64,000 bases of DNA from Nemertoderma westbladi (GCA_032718475.1 JAUCBJ010000566.1:1-64000), one strand, 5' to 3'. Shown: positions 37,072-51,224, counted from the stretch's first letter. Notes: generated from the sequence alone by a model not told the origin. Program-made: numbers and translations.

Positions 37072-38252
37072 TGTTCGCGCTTTCAGACCTTTAGCAGTTT
37101 AACCTGCCAAATTGGGATGTCTTCTAGATAATAGATAGTCTTTAGCCTATGACGAGTATTTGATACACTACCATTAGCCGAAGCCAGTCTATGCGCGATC
37201 ATTCACCCGCTGGATATACCCGGGAGACTGGATTCGGAAGCCTAACCGTATTGCGGTGTAGGCCTACCGTATTATTCGACTGATCGTAATATATAATCTC
37301 TGACAAATATTATTCACTTTCGGGAAATATTAACAGTTCCTTTAGGACGTGGCGCTCTAAATATGTAAACAGAGTTATGACTTAAACTAGACACAACGGG
37401 AAGGCTATAGATTCACGTATATGGCGCATTCTTTAGGAGATGCTTTGTTATCAGTCACAATCCTACACAATACTGCACAATGCTGCACACCGATCTGCCG
37501 ACCTTCACTAATTTTAGTCACATACAAAGAGAACAACAACCAATACATGTAGTGCCTATGAAATAGCATTAGATTCACTTCAAAACCACTTTAATGTATG
37601 TCGCAATCGTTATATGTAACCGGTCTCTCTTACCTTCAGTATATCAAGAAGATTGAGGGTTTGAAATTATTTATTGGTATTCCAAATATAATAATATTCC
37701 ATCAACAGATATAATGAATAACCGACAGTAAATAGCAGTAAAATGTTAAGGTATAAATTGTTATGATATGTAAGATATGTGAGGTTTGTTAAGTTATGAT
37801 AACAGATACACATTCTATAATTAAGCCTACTAATGTTGGGCTAAAGACTGAAAACATAGAGATTCCAAAAGCCGGTCTTCTGGGCTCAGGACAAAATGTA
37901 AACATTGACCCATAATGCATTGGCGATTTCCCGGAGGTTTCTGTACAAAAAGCAGGAGAATCGCCCTGATTGGTTGACCGAACAAAGAAACATCAGAGAA
38001 CAAGGAAAAAGCTACACGTGACCAGCTCAGCTGTTAGCTGTCGTCATAGTAACTACACTGTTTCAAGAGGATCCAGCGCATTGCGTCATAGAATTGCTAA
38101 TTATGTCTGCTAAAGTACACATACAGAAGAAATGGCTTTTATGTCCTCTAAAAACACCAGTACAGTAAGGACACGGCCCTTTTTGCCTGTTAAACCAACT
38201 ACAGAGTACTTTGCGGGGAAAATAACCGGATAATTCCGCAAAAGCTTTTACA
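37072..38252 (-). repeat. 3' LTR of the BEL element (1181 bp)
   Basis: Near-identical to 53521-54709. Minus-strand AATAAA at 37670-37675; preceded on the minus strand by a short purine-rich GGGAGCGG. Confidence 0.95.
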
Positions 38253-38776
38253 CCGCTCCCAGAAAATGGGATTTAAGTCCATAAAATATAACAAATCACA
38301 GTTTCTAAAATATAAAAATACTCTAAACAGTTAGTCTTTTTTACGCAGACGGCGTTTACGCAGTTTTTTGAGGCTAGCAAGAGTCCTTTTCTCTTTGGGG
38401 CGAGCCACTTTACTAGGAGGGCTGTAACTCCTGGGTGAAGGGTGCAATACAATTGCATCAGAAGGTTTAGGGTTACGGTCGATGTCTCGTCCATTTCAAT
38501 ATGCTTCTCCTCGAGCTGATTTTCCTCCGCTTATCGTTGGATGCGTTCGTCCAAAACTCTTGCAGAGAATAGGGTTGTCCAAGTTCGATATCTTCTTAGA
38601 GATTCTGGATTTCTTGATCGAACTGAGATAAAGTTAATTCGTCTACCGCTTGGACTTGCTGCTGCAATTTACGTTTCTCTAAACAATTGTAGGTTCATTT
38701 TCCGATCTTTTGACGAATAGTGTCCAACGCGTTTTGTACAACTCTCTCCACCGCCTCGGTGACAGGTTGTATCGGG

Positions 38777-39853
38777 TTAAACAGGGACGATGATACGGTT
38801 GAATGACGATATTATATGTCCGCGTCCCAATCCGACTAGGTAAGATGGGCGAATATTTAGGGAGCCCACAACCGGAGTGCCACCGACTAACTGTTCGGGT
38901 AACACTAGATCTTTGAACAGTGAGGACAGCTCGGGAGGATCCGTGATACTATTAGGATCAAGAGTCTGAGGTCTAACTAGGGAATGAGGAGGTCTGACCG
39001 AGTATTCCGGAACTCTGATCATAGGTTTATTCAAGGATCGTTTGAGCCGAGCGACCGTAGGTGATACGTCGAACAGGTTTCGCTCGAAACTCCCATAAGT
39101 ATATCGTGTAAAACTGTGTTTAGCGCAACGTCTCCGCGGATGTTTATGCCTTTCCGTTTGCTGATTGGGTCTAGGGCATTCGTCGCAATAATACCAAAGA
39201 CGCACGTCCTGCAGGGGAAACGCGGGTGATCGTTCTCCAGTTTTACAATATTCCTCCATCTGTTCGAAGCTATCTGGGACGACAGGTAGCGGTCGATCGG
39301 CGGTAAGATACATCATAGTGAAATAGAGTCGTTTGAGTTCTATCATAGGATCATGATGTATACCTTGAGGATATCGAGTTTCGAGATTTTGTTGGCTGGC
39401 AATATTGAGATATGTCTCTCTCAGGAATTCCAGATAATCGTTGAAGTCGCTGCGTTTATCCGGCTCTTCAACGTCTTCCCTTTCGAGTCTGTTTCGAATA
39501 GAGTTCTCGTGTTCTATTCTCGGTTTATCGTTCCGACTCCGCTGGGTATGATATTTAAATAAAACCATTTCCCTTTCGGTGTCTACATCGTCCGTATCGT
39601 GTAAATCGATAGGATGGCCAGTAGTTAAGAAGTCCATATACGTACCATTACGATGCATATAGCGAGCGGTGAACTTTCTATAATCCAATTCACGCGTAAG
39701 TTGCTCCGGGGACATTGGCGGTTCGATATAACGACCATCATCCTCCGTAGTAGTTGGACCAGCGTCGCCGCGTATCAAGCTATCGACAAACGCTTGTAAA
39801 GGTAGAGTATATCGCTCCCTGATACCAAGATCGTCTTCTATCAACTCAGTCAT
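38777..39853 (-). CDS. Unknown 358-aa accessory ORF in the env position of the BEL element
   Basis: Open, ATG-initiated, same sense as gag-pol. Hydrophilic, with CDEC...HKH...CAKH. Homologous fragment at 8361-8622. Confidence 0.75.
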   Translation of the reverse strand: MTELIEDDLGIRERYTLPLQAFVDSLIRGDAGPTTTEDDGRYIEPPMSPEQLTRELDYRKFTARYMHRNGTYMDFLTTGHPIDLHDTDDVDTEREMVLFKYHTQRSRNDKPRIEHENSIRNRLEREDVEEPDKRSDFNDYLEFLRETYLNIASQQNLETRYPQGIHHDPMIELKRLYFTMMYLTADRPLPVVPDSFEQMEEYCKTGERSPAFPLQDVRLWYYCDECPRPNQQTERHKHPRRRCAKHSFTRYTYGSFERNLFDVSPTVARLKRSLNKPMIRVPEYSVRPPHSLVRPQTLDPNSITDPPELSSLFKDLVLPEQLVGGTPVVGSLNIRPSYLVGLGRGHIISSFNRIIVPV

Positions 39854-40671
39854 ATCTGCTATATGAGTTTATCAATATTATAATGAGTTTATATATTAGG
39901 CTAGCGGGCGTCGCTGCCTACCCCTCTTTTGCCCCCGGACAGTGCAAGATCCTCAGCGCTGATGTACCGTCGTCGCTGTGCTTTCGCCAACGATGTAGCT
40001 ACACAACGACAACGATAACCGGCACAAGTCACTCCACTGTCCGTCCCAAAGGCTTAGATGTACTTCAGGTTCTTTCTGGAGAGTTAGGGATACTTTCACA
40101 ATTGCGACTCGCTACTGTAAACACACTTTAGTAGTAACATTCACCTATAAACGCACAAATTCAACACAACTGTCACAAACTGTACACATTCGGGCCATTT
40201 GTCCGTTAGTCAGTGCCTTCCAGAATGTCACTTTATTATTATGTATCCTTGGATACTAGCAGTGCGCTATTTATTCCCTATGCTATTCAATGGGGCAAGC
40301 TTTCTATTGTTCTTTTAACTCACTTCTAATTCTAGCGTGGTTGTTGCCATGGTGACATTATGGAAAGCTAGCGGTAGAATTAGGGTAATTCTCATGCATA
40401 CAGATCTGGGATGATGCTATTTAATAGTAATTCTTTAATGGTCAATATCCTCTCCATACATGATTTTATGAATTTTATCGGCTATTGACTATATATTGGA
40501 GATTCTCGCACACTAATACACTTAATAGAGTGAATCTCCGCTCCCATGATCTATTAATTAAAGTAATTTTGGGAATATTATAAATTGCATAAAAATGACA
40601 ATTTATTAAATTCATTAAAAATATGAATTCAAATTTAATCCCGTAAATTTTATTATTTAATATTAAATAGA

Positions 40672-40945
40672 CACAATTTTATTCCAGAACATGTCTGGGG
40701 ACTGGGATCCTTGATTCTAGGAAATTGGTCTTTTTAAGAATATCGGTAAGTGCTACGATATCTTAATAGACTAGAATTTTAAAGGATCTAAAATTTGACA
40801 GATTTTGTAAATATTAATAATTAATATTTAGGATGGGCACCAGTTTATTCCAGAACTTGTCTGGGGACGTTAACCACTGATTCTAGAATTTTGTCTTTCA
40901 AGTATATCGGTGGGTGCCGCGATATCTTAATCGACTAGAATTGCA
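40672..40945. repeat. Two diverged ~105-bp direct repeats (~166-bp period) in the pol-to-accessory-ORF spacer
   Basis: TTTATTCCAGAAC.TGTCTGGGGAC...TGATTCTAG...CGATATCTTAAT.GACTAGAATT occurs twice. Confidence 0.8.
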
Positions 40946-41492
40946 GATGGTCAAAGGGTTTAACAGATTTATTTTGCGTTATACGCTACTGTTAAAGGGA
41001 CATCACGCTACTATATGTATTATTTAATATACGGTATGAGAGCAATATCGCACGAAGCAATGTCAGTGAGAAGAGGCAAGTCGTTTCCAAGGTCTACCCA
41101 GAGCTTGGTTTAGCCGAGACACGAGGATCTGAATTTTGCATTCCTAATACTCTACTTTACCAATAATACTTGAATATAGTAGGAGCTTTATTGTACTTTA
41201 ATAAGTACGGACATTTCATCTTACTGTAGTTACGTATTTGTAATGTAATACGGACAGTAAGGAAGGAGAAAAAGAATTATTTCTCGCCGTCGCACTAAAT
41301 ATATAATATATAAGTAATTAAGTAATAAACGCGAATATATATTGCACTAATCTACTAAATAATCGCTAAAATAACATTCTGCTAAATAAAATTAAAGAAA
41401 ACGATTATAATAAAATTACATAATAATATATACATAAATATAAAATGATAAGAATATAAAATAATCTGGTCACACACCCACTCCAGACGCTG

Positions 41493-44400
41493 CTAAGCTG
41501 GGGAGTCCCTAGATGTTTGTTGGATTAGGGAGGTGGTCGTGGGAAGAGTATCTTGTCTTCCATAGTTTCCGGAGAGTTCTCTGTCTCTTTCCAGTAAACA
41601 TAAGCGACCAACTGGGCGATTGAGCTGCTGCGTCTCGAAGACAATTCCCGGTTTCTTGAAGTTACGTCGCATGACGACGAGTTCTACCGATCGCACCAAA
41701 CCGTCATCCGAGATGTGAGTCTCGATGGTACGACCTGTCTGCCACTGCTTACGTGGAAGATCTGCATCCACAATAAGGACCATGTCTCCAGCGCTGACGT
41801 TTTCTTGCTGCGCAAACCACTTCGTTCGAAGTTGTAGCGTGGGCAGGTAGTGCTTTTCGAAATGGTCAGCGAAACGACGGGATAACAACCCCATAAGTTG
41901 CCAAGTTTGCCGGCAGTATTCGTCTCCGTCTGTGATTTTCGATTGTGGGAGCATGGCTACAGGTTTCTTCAGTAGGAAGTGCGCGGGTGTTAGCGCTTCC
42001 AGGGAATCGGGACTCGATGAGACTGGCATAAGCGGTCTCTCGTTGAGATAGGCGGCGATTTCCTCCATTAACGTCCGCAAAAGTTCGTCGGTGAGATACG
42101 CGCGGCACGGCACTATAAAGTGAAATGCGGTCTTCACACTTCTAATTAATCTCTCCCAACTTCCTCCCCACCAAGGGGCGTCGGCGGCGTTGAAGGTCCA
42201 GCTAGACGCTGTTACCTTTAGCTGATCGTCCACCTGTCTTTGGTTCCAATCGTTGACGTAAGCTTTGATTTCATTGTTGGCACCAATGAAGTTTGTTCCC
42301 TTATCAGATCTCATCGTGTTACTAGTTCCAAAGCGAGCGATCTGTCGTCGTAAGCTTAATAGGAAGCTGTTGGTAGATAAATCGTTCACCATATTGAGAT
42401 GAATAGTTCTACAAGTCATACAAACAAAGATGACACACCATCTCTTGACTATAGTCCTAGCACGATATACTTCAATAGGGCCAAATAAATCCACACCGGT
42501 ATTAGTAAAGGGTGGTTCATAGAAGCTTACTCGTTCCCTAGGTAATTCTGCCTCTCGCTGTGTTAAAGGCCTACTGAATGCTTTCCTACAGGGTATGCAG
42601 TTCCTAAGAACTTGGTTCAGAGCTCTACGGGGTTTATAAAAATAATAGCGAGTTCGAATTTCGCTAAGAACTCGTTCTCTACCAGCATGATAAAGTTTGC
42701 TGTGAACATCTACAATCATCTTGACTTGTATTTCAAGGTTTCTAATGAGTATGGGAAACTTAGTGTCAAAGGATAATGGAGCATTTGTTAATCTTCCTCC
42801 AACACGTATCAACCCATCTATCATTGTGCTAGAGAAACGATCCCTTAAGCGCATTTGTGGATTTCTCAACAACAGGAAATACTTATCGGAATCATCATAG
42901 CACTGCAGGAGTCTCAGCATCTGCTTGTTGGTTTCTTCATGCTCCTGATAACTGATCTTCTCCTTCAGAAACCTGTCGGATATCTTATATTTGGGAAGAT
43001 CTTTAACAACATGGACCTGCACCGATGTCAGCGGAGCGGTATCACTATTGGTCTTCATCCCGGAGTAGTGATGGTGAAAACATATTTTTAAATATGTAAC
43101 GGCTTTACGGCCGATTCCAAGAACTGTAGTGATGTATCGCTCTCTGCAGGAGAGGTGAGAGTCCTTGCGAGACGTCTGGTATTCCAGATTTCCAATCCTT
43201 CTCACGGATTTCCACTACAGACTTATTTGTGGCTGTGGGTTTCTGATCCAAAGCGTCGTCTCCGGAAGTATGTAGTACAGACAGATCTAACATAGGTTTA
43301 AATAACTTTGATTTACTCGCTCGAGTTTTAGGTTTGACTTTCTCCGCTCCCTTGGCCTGTCTAATCTCTGCTGTAGTAAGATGAGGAGGCCATTCTTCTT
43401 CTTCTTTGTAGAGGAAGTCAGGTCCACCTAACCAGTCTGGAGTATCTACCAGTTCTTGTGGAGTAGCTCCCCTGGAGGCGATGTCTGCTGGATTGATCGT
43501 TCCGGGGCAATGTCTCCATTGATCCATCGTTGTGCGACTGAGTATAATAGCTACTCTGTTGGTAACGAAGACGCTGAACTGACAGACTTCATTGGTTATA
43601 TACTCCAACACGAGTAAAGCGTCGGTCCAATAGACAGTTTTCTCCAACGGATAATCGATATGTTCTGTTACATTCCGGCCGATGGCTGTAGCGTATAGAG
43701 CCGCTTTTAACTCCGCTCGAGGAACTTTCAACTTGTTGTTTATCAATGCCTTAGAGGTAACCAAGGCGACCTTGATTCCATCCGGAGTTTCCACTCTTAG
43801 GTAGGCTACTATACCTATTCCCATATCGCTGGCGTCTCCAAACACATGGAGTTGATAGGAATACGTAGGGAGAACATGACCAAAATATGAACGGGAAATT
43901 ATAAAGTTCTCGATGGCTGGTAGAGAATCTTCCCATTTCATCCACTTCTTTAATAATTCTCCCTTAAGTGGATCGTCCCATGAGTGATTTTCAAGCCACA
44001 TTTGTTGTACTAAACTCCGAGCAATCAATATAACTGGGCTAATAAATCCCAATGGATCGAAATAAGTGCTCAGGATACTTAAACAAATCCGTTTAGTCCG
44101 AACTGGATTATCTCGCTGTTTTAGCTGGAAAAACAGGATATCTCTCTCTGTGTCCCATTTCAAACCAAGTGTCTTGGTTTCTGGAAGATCATCTTTGATT
44201 AGATCTAGGTCTTTCGCTCCTCGATCTTCTACTGGGATCGACTCCAGAAACTCACAGGAGTTGCTGGTGAATTTAGTTAATCGAAATCCACCTCTTTTTA
44301 AGCACTCTACCGTTCCTTTAGCGACATCAATGGCTTCTTCGACTGATGGAAGGGACTTTAGATTATCGTCCATGTATATATCCCGTTTGATGTTGTCAAT

Positions 44401-47400
44401 CACCTCTTTAGAGAAGGCTTCTCGGTTGTCATCCGCAGTGGTGCGTACCACTGAACAGGCGTTTGAAGGGCTTGAGATTATCCCAAAAGCCTGGATGGTC
44501 ATCCAGTACTCCACCGGTTTCTGGTTGAGGTCTCCTTCAGGCCACCACAGAAATCGTAGGCTATTTCGATCCCTATCTAGCGCCTTGACTTGTAAGAACA
44601 TGCCTTCTATATCTGAGGCGAAAGCGATTGAATATTGTCTTAATCTTAAAAGTATTCCCAACAAGGATTGGAGTAAGGTGGGTCCGGGTAACAATTCGGA
44701 ATTAAGGGATTGGCCCATATAGAGGGCGGAGCCGTCAAATACCACTCGTACCTCATGGGGTTTACCGGGTTTGGGAACGTAATGGTGAGTTAAATAATAC
44801 GTTCTCTCAGTTATAGGTGTTTCTTCCGGCACTCGCTCCGCATATCCCTTGCTAATAAATTTCCTCAACTGTGTTTGATACATTTCTTTAGCTGAAGAAT
44901 TTGCCGTAAGGCGTCGATGTAGTTGAGCAATTATTTTCTCCGCCAAGGTTCTGTTGTTTATGAACTTTGGTTCTCGCTTTCGGAAAGGTAGACCGATTTC
45001 ATATCTACCTTGATCTTTAAGAAAACGTGTAGTTGTCTCTTGGATCTCCTTGGCCCTTTCTTCTTCTACCGATAGGGCCTTATCGTAGGAATTGGGCTCT
45101 ACAGCCTCTTGAGTAAAGAATCGTACGGCGTGTTCATCCTGAGTCTTGGCATTACAACGTTCAATGACGTCATTCAGTTCGTCGTTATAGTCGTCTCGTT
45201 CTGATGGACGGAGTAGCTGACATAAGTTCACTTGGTTTTGCCAAGTCTCGTTTTCCTTAAGGAGATCAATGGTATTCTCCTCATCGAAGAATTGGTGGAC
45301 ATCGTCATTATCTGAGGAGTATGGTGTTCCCTCAGTTGGATCGTCTAACTCACTGCTCTCAACTTCCCATTCTCTTACCTGATATACCTGATCTTTCAGT
45401 AATCTTTCCATGAGAGTTCTACGGGAAGGGCCAGTAAAGTACCAACCCACTCTAGTTCTTCCCGCATAAGCTTGTAGTGGTTGCGGTTGAGCAGGCCGTT
45501 TCTCCAATGTCTCGAGCGCTTCATGTGCGTTTTGACCGATGAGTATTTGCACTCCAGGGTAATCGGTGTTGAATCTAGGTATTTCGAGCTGCTGGGTGAA
45601 ATCGTCCTCATCCCAGTTATAAGGTTCCACTTGGCTGGTAGCGAAGTTCTTTATCGCAACCATTTTTACTGACCTTATACTATGTTCTCCTAGTTCATCC
45701 TGGGGGGTAGACAACGCACCTACATAATAATCCGCTATTACTGTAGATTTCCAAACCTGCATAATTCCTGACATGTTTAGCTTAGTTCGGAACATGGGTT
45801 GTCCAGCAAAGATGTCTTCGGCTAGTTCTTTGTCGATGAATGTTCCTGTACTACCGGAGTCAAGAAGGGCGTTCACTATATAACTCCTTTTAGGTCCGTG
45901 GACCCTTAACCCTATTAAACCCGGGGAGGGGTCAATATGACCCCCCCCGTGGTTTTTTTATTATAATTCTGAAACAAACGCAGTTGGGAATCTGAAATTT
46001 TATGACTTTTCCTAAAAATCTATTGTCTTCATGGTAGTGAAAACCGTTTTCAAAAATATTGGGTACTTTTCGAGTTATAGCACCATTTTTTAACCCTACT
46101 TTTGGCACTTTTTTTGAGACGTTTTTTGAAAATTACATTTCATTAAATATGAATTGTAACATCTCGGTTTTTGATTTACACCGGTTTTTTGGTGTTAGAA
46201 ATTGGATGGAATTCATATAAATTGATTTAGAAATTTCAAACTTGTTTTTTTCGATGGGTGCCAAATTTTGGTGCCAGCACCAAATTTTGAAATAAGTCAA
46301 TTTTGTAAATTGATTGTTTGAAACTTGTTTTTTACGCAATTGGGGTTTTTTGAGGTTCTGGATTCGATGAAATATATACGAGTTGAACCAAGCGTATCAA
46401 ACTTGTATTTTTCGGTGCTGTGTGCTAATTTTGGTGCTAGCACGAAATTTTGAAAATCCATTCAATATATAAAATTGCTTGTGACAATTTATTTCTTGCG
46501 TTTTAGAGGTTTATGGCTGTTTTGAATTCAATGGAAAATATAATTATCGAACTAGACATCTCAAACTTGTATTTTTCGGATGTGGGTGCAAAATGTGGTG
46601 CTAGCACCAAATTTTGAAAACCATCAAATATATCAATTGATTGTGTCACCTTGTTTCTTGCGTTTAACGGGTTTGTGATGGTTCTGAATTCAATGGAATC
46701 AGTAAAAATTTCATAAGAGTTCTCAAACTTGTATTTTTCGCCGGTGGGTGAAAATTATTGTGCCAGCACCAAATTTTGGAAAATATGCAAATTGATAAGT
46801 AGATAGTATCACCTTGTTTCTTGCGTTATACGGGTTTATGAGGGTCCTGAATCCGATGGAATCAATAAAAACAGCACTGGACATCGCAAACTTGTACTTT
46901 TTGGTGATGGGTACGAAATTTGGTGCTAGCACCAAAATTTGCTAAATTACGCCGAAAAATACAAGTAACAATGATCTGGCATATTAGAAATGTATTCCAT
47001 TAGAATCAGCGCCCTCGAAAACCTGAAAATGTGAATTTATAGCATCGTATAAGTGAATTAAAAATTTTGTGTTCTAACTGAAAAGTGCTGGTTACTTGTT
47101 TTTTTCATTTTTTTCCTACGCAGAGAGGACTAAACAGCCATTTATAGTAATCATATCATTTTTAAATATTTTCCAATGTATTTTGCACCCCAAAAAACCT
47201 GTATTGAAAAATAATTAGCCGAAAATGTAACTTTCAAATTTTGTGAAAATTGTGCACTACTTGTAATTTTGGTGCTGCAATATAACCACCCCAGTACATT
47301 TTTTCGAAAATTTTTTTTTTCGGTTGGGTCCAGACAAGTGATACCTACGCACAAACAAAAAATCAGACGTTTTTGTAAATATTTGTAGATTTTAGAGGGG

Positions 47401-48018
47401 GGGGGTCAATATGACCCCCTCCCGGTATTTGTACAACATTTTATAGCCCGGTACTAATAGGGTTAACTGTACTACAGGAAATTCTCGGATTCCTACATTG
47501 GAAGTTGGCGCTTTCCAAGATGGTTGTCGATCAGAAGTAGTTAGGGTGAGGTCGCTGTCTGTGTCTTTTTCATACGTAAGTGCTCGATACACTGCGGTAT
47601 TTATCATGTAACAGGATTCATCTTCGTTGGATAATTCATCCGTATAGAATCCTTCCATCTCAGAACTTTGGTCAGTGTCGTTCACATCACTGAATTGGAC
47701 ATGTAGTTCGGAATCACTTACCTGATTCGGGCTGTTTCGTTCGAATTCAGTGTGCAACAAGATATGATGTTTCGCACCGCACTTTGCACACCTTGTGTCG
47801 GAGTAACAGGTTCGCCGTTGGTGTCCTTGTCTGAGGCAATTATAACACAACCGCTTATCCCACATGACTTCCCGTCGCTCCGTTAATGATTTCTTCAGGA
47901 ATTCATCACACATATTCAAACGGTGGGTCCCGTCACATAGCGCACATTTCGGTTTGATGTTACTTACCTTATTTTGAATAACATTGTGCACACTCGTTCT
48001 TTCTTCGGGCTTTCTCAC
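41493..48018 (-). pseudogene. pol: BEL pol region (Cys/His knuckles, protease, RT, RNase H, integrase), interrupted by a piggyBac-like insert and a frameshift near 43105-43205
   Basis: CALCDGTH..C and CYNCLRQGH..C..CAKCGAKHH; ALLDSGS; RVVFDGS, DIEGMFLQV, YMDD; FGDAS, WTDA, NPADIASRG; H..H..CIPC, TGVDLFGP, SDKGTNF, WERLI. Confidence 0.93.
45910..47462. mobile_element. Non-autonomous piggyBac-like element, copy 2, inside BEL pol just upstream of the protease active site
   Basis: TTAA at 45906-09 and 47463-66; TIR CCCTATTA...TAATAGGG. Removing it restores FPVVQLRVHGPKRSYIVNALLDSGS. Confidence 0.92.
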
Positions 48019-48205
48019 CTGAATTCTCTTGGGAGACGTAGGAGGAGTTTTTCTTACCTGTTCTCTGAATTTACTTACCTGTTCTTTAGGCGTTTTATTG
48101 ACATAATAAGATCTTTCAGTGTCTTTCCCGCTATCCTCTCCTTGAGAAGTCTGGTCCGTCGTCTGTATAACACACTGGTGTTACCTTTCTCCTAGAAACG
48201 GGTTT

Positions 48206-51200
48206 CTAACTTACCTTGTTTTCCGGTGTCTTCTCTCTGGACTGCTTTAGGAGCTGTAATTTCACTTCTCCATCTAAGAATGACATGAGATCAGCCATGG
48301 TAGGGTCTCGTCGTTGCTGTTCCATCATATATAACACTTTCTTATCCCAGCGTGTACCTACTCCACCCTTCGGTAAAGTAGAAGCCACGGCTCCAATAAC
48401 CATAGAACTCTGATATTCATGAGACTTACCTAACCAATCTAATTGTCTACAGATCTCTTGAATCTCATCGGAAAACTCTATTATCCCGCTGCTAATGAAC
48501 TTTCGGGGCGCTACTAATTTTGCATACAAATATTTAGCTATGTTATTCCTATTACCATACCTGATGTTTAGTGTATCCCAAACTTGTCTTAATCCATCTG
48601 GATGTCCAATAAACTTTAACGCCATTAACTTGGGAGATCCTTCCAAGCACTCGATGAGGAATCTAAGTTTCTCTCCATTAGATAGTACAGAGTTCTGTAT
48701 GTTATCTTTGTAATATTCATTAAAAGGTAACCATTTCATCTCATCTCCATTGAACTTGACTATCTCTCCCACCTTTACCGCTTGATGGGCTTCGGTTCTA
48801 GCCATTTGACGCGTAAAACTTTCTTGGGCCATCGTGTTATTTAATATCGAGTTATCGGTATATAAATTTCTCGGATTATGATCAAGTCTATAGGGAATAT
48901 CATTGTCAACAGGTTTATAATTACCCTTAATAGGGTTCACTATAGGAGTTTCTACTTCGCTAGCAGTATAGATGCGTGTAGGCTCCACACCTTGCGCATG
49001 AGATACTTCAGACCTAACAGGTTGACACATTGTTACTGGGGGTGGTGGTATACCCTTTTGTGTATTTACTAATTTATCGCATTCTAATGCGATACTTTGC
49101 TGCACTTCTTGCAACTCTAACCTACTTTCCCTTACTGTGCCCTTGAACTGCTTGACAGTCTCCTGCATCTGCCCGAGCAGGATCCATCCCCCGCCGTCTC
49201 TCATCCACCCACTCGACCGCCGAAGCGGGAGCCGCCAACGTTGTAGCGGGCGGACGAGGGACAACGGGCGACAAATCATTAATATTTCGCTCGGAGTCCA
49301 GAACATGAACTGTCTCCTGGGCTGTTCTGCTGGGCACAGGTAGCTTAGTGCTATGCAAAGGGAATCTAGAGGTAGGTTCTGGGAGTACAGGTGTCTCTAT
49401 CACCGAAGGGGTGGATTCGAGAACAGGCCTAATTATTTCAGGCTCATCTACTATAGTAGGGAGTCTGTCTATTTTAATAATTTGGTCTGTGGGTTCTGTA
49501 CTACCTAAGTCTGTGCTAACTAGTTGTTTTCGAACAGCTGGGGGCAAATCAGGCAATTTCTGACGGTGGGACATTCTTCTACATCTGCTGAGACGAGATC
49601 GATTTCCTCCGCCTTCAGGATCTGTTGTATCACCTTCATCTGATGATGTAAAACCCTGTCTCTTGGGAGTAGATCGACTCATCATCAGCATTTGACTAGC
49701 TGTTAACTGTTTATTTATGCAGTCCCGACTCTCCTGAATATCCTCCAACTCCAGTTGGGTGGTCTCTTCAGCTGCTCTTCATTCTGCTTCTGCCACTGCT
49801 CGCTTTCTTTCTGCTTCTACTGCTGCCGCTGCCGCTTTTCTTTCCACTTCTGCCGCTTTTCTTTCTGCTTCTACTGCTGCCGCTGCTGCTTTTCTTTCCA
49901 CTTCTGCCGCTTTTCTTTCCACTTCTGCCGCTTTTCTTTCTGCTTCTACTGCTGCCGCTGCTGCTTTTCTTTCCACTTCTGCCGCTTTTCTTTCCACTTC
50001 TGCCGCTTTTCTTTCTGCCTCTGCCTCTGCTGCTGCCGCTGCTGCTATCTTTCTGTCTTCTATACGTTTTTTCTTTACTTGTTCTTCTTGGACTCTAGTG
50101 ATGCGGAGACGTTCATCAAATTTAGCTTGGTTCGCAGCTCTCATATCCACATCGATTGCGTCCAACACAAGCTTGGTTCCTTCACTGTTATGGCTAAGTC
50201 CATCTAACCTTCTCCTCAACTCTTCATCTCCTACAAAACGTTGATAGTCCGACATATAGATATCAATAGCATCCCTCTTATGCGGTTTCTCTACCGTCGC
50301 TTCACTTTCCACTTGGGAAAATGTAGCGTCTGTGGATTCTTCATGGGTTGAGCGCTCAGATAACTGAGATTTCCACGGGGCAGTTCTTTGAACTTGGAGA
50401 CTCACCCGTTGTAACCAAGTCTTTACGGCAACTTGCAACGACGTGTCTTGTCTTCTTTTCGAAGCCTCCTCAAAGGCCGATAGGATTAGTCTGATTCTTA
50501 GAATTCTTTCTCGAACTTGATAAAGCAGATCTCCCTGCTCTTGAGGTCCTTGTGGTTGTCCAAACAATTGTTCTTCTAATCGCTCCATGGAGCTGAAGAA
50601 TCCCTGTACTTATCCGGCTGCGGACCTCTTCCACACAGCTGGATCGATGGTTTCCTTGGTTACTCCCATCCTGTGTATGTCTTCCCAGGCAGCTTCCGAT
50701 AAATCAAACGGGAGTCCGGGTCCGGGGAAGTTCCATTGCGACTCGACAATAGACTTCAGTTCTTCCCTTGAGTATCCCGCATAACTATCCTTAGTCGATC
50801 GCTTACTTCTCGCCCAATCAATCTGGTGTTCCTCCACCGCAATCAATAACCTAGTGAGTACGGCTGCAGGAAGGATGAGAAGGGGGTCCGAATAAACCGC
50901 ATCTGTCATCTTTGCTCCGTGCTCGGGTGTCAGCTCTACAGTATCCGCACTACTGGAGCTGTCGGGCCGCTGAGAAATAAGTTCTCGGCTCGCGGGTGGT
51001 TGCTGTTCCGCTGCTTCTTGGTCCCGCTTGACCTGAGCTCTAGTGCCTATGACAGACCTACGGTGTTGGACCAGCCTAGGTTCTGATATTACTACTGGGG
51101 GAATGATCTTTCTTACAGTAGGAGATGAGTTGAACTTCGGTCTCACACGTTCCACACTCCTGTCTGGGTCACAGATGGTCGTATCTAGGAGACTGTCTGA

Positions 51201-51224
51201 CAGGTTTTGCTTGGTGTCAGACAT
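48206..51224 (-). pseudogene. gag: BEL gag region, frameshifted into four pieces, with a long N-terminal extension
   Basis: KFNGDEMKWLPF...EKLRFLIECLEG..K...WDTLNIRYG (DUF1759-type gag core) in 48206-49306; upstream ORF pieces abut one another. Confidence 0.8.
49785..50048 (-). repeat. Coding tandem repeat in gag (EAERKAAEVERKAAAAAV units), predicted long helix or coiled coil
   Basis: Visible 21-57-bp repeat units. Confidence 0.9.

Noticed and set aside
38777-39853. Calling the accessory ORF env
   Set aside because: No signal peptide, fusion peptide or TM anchor is visible.
44066-44722. 218-aa plus-strand ORF, and similar ORFs antisense to 2637-6683 and 55960-57600
   Set aside because: Antisense shadows of RT/pol coding sequence.
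49755-50244. Plus-strand Cys/Phe-rich and Ala/Ser-rich ORFs (antifreeze- or metallothionein-like)
   Set aside because: Antisense readings of the gag EAERKAA repeat.
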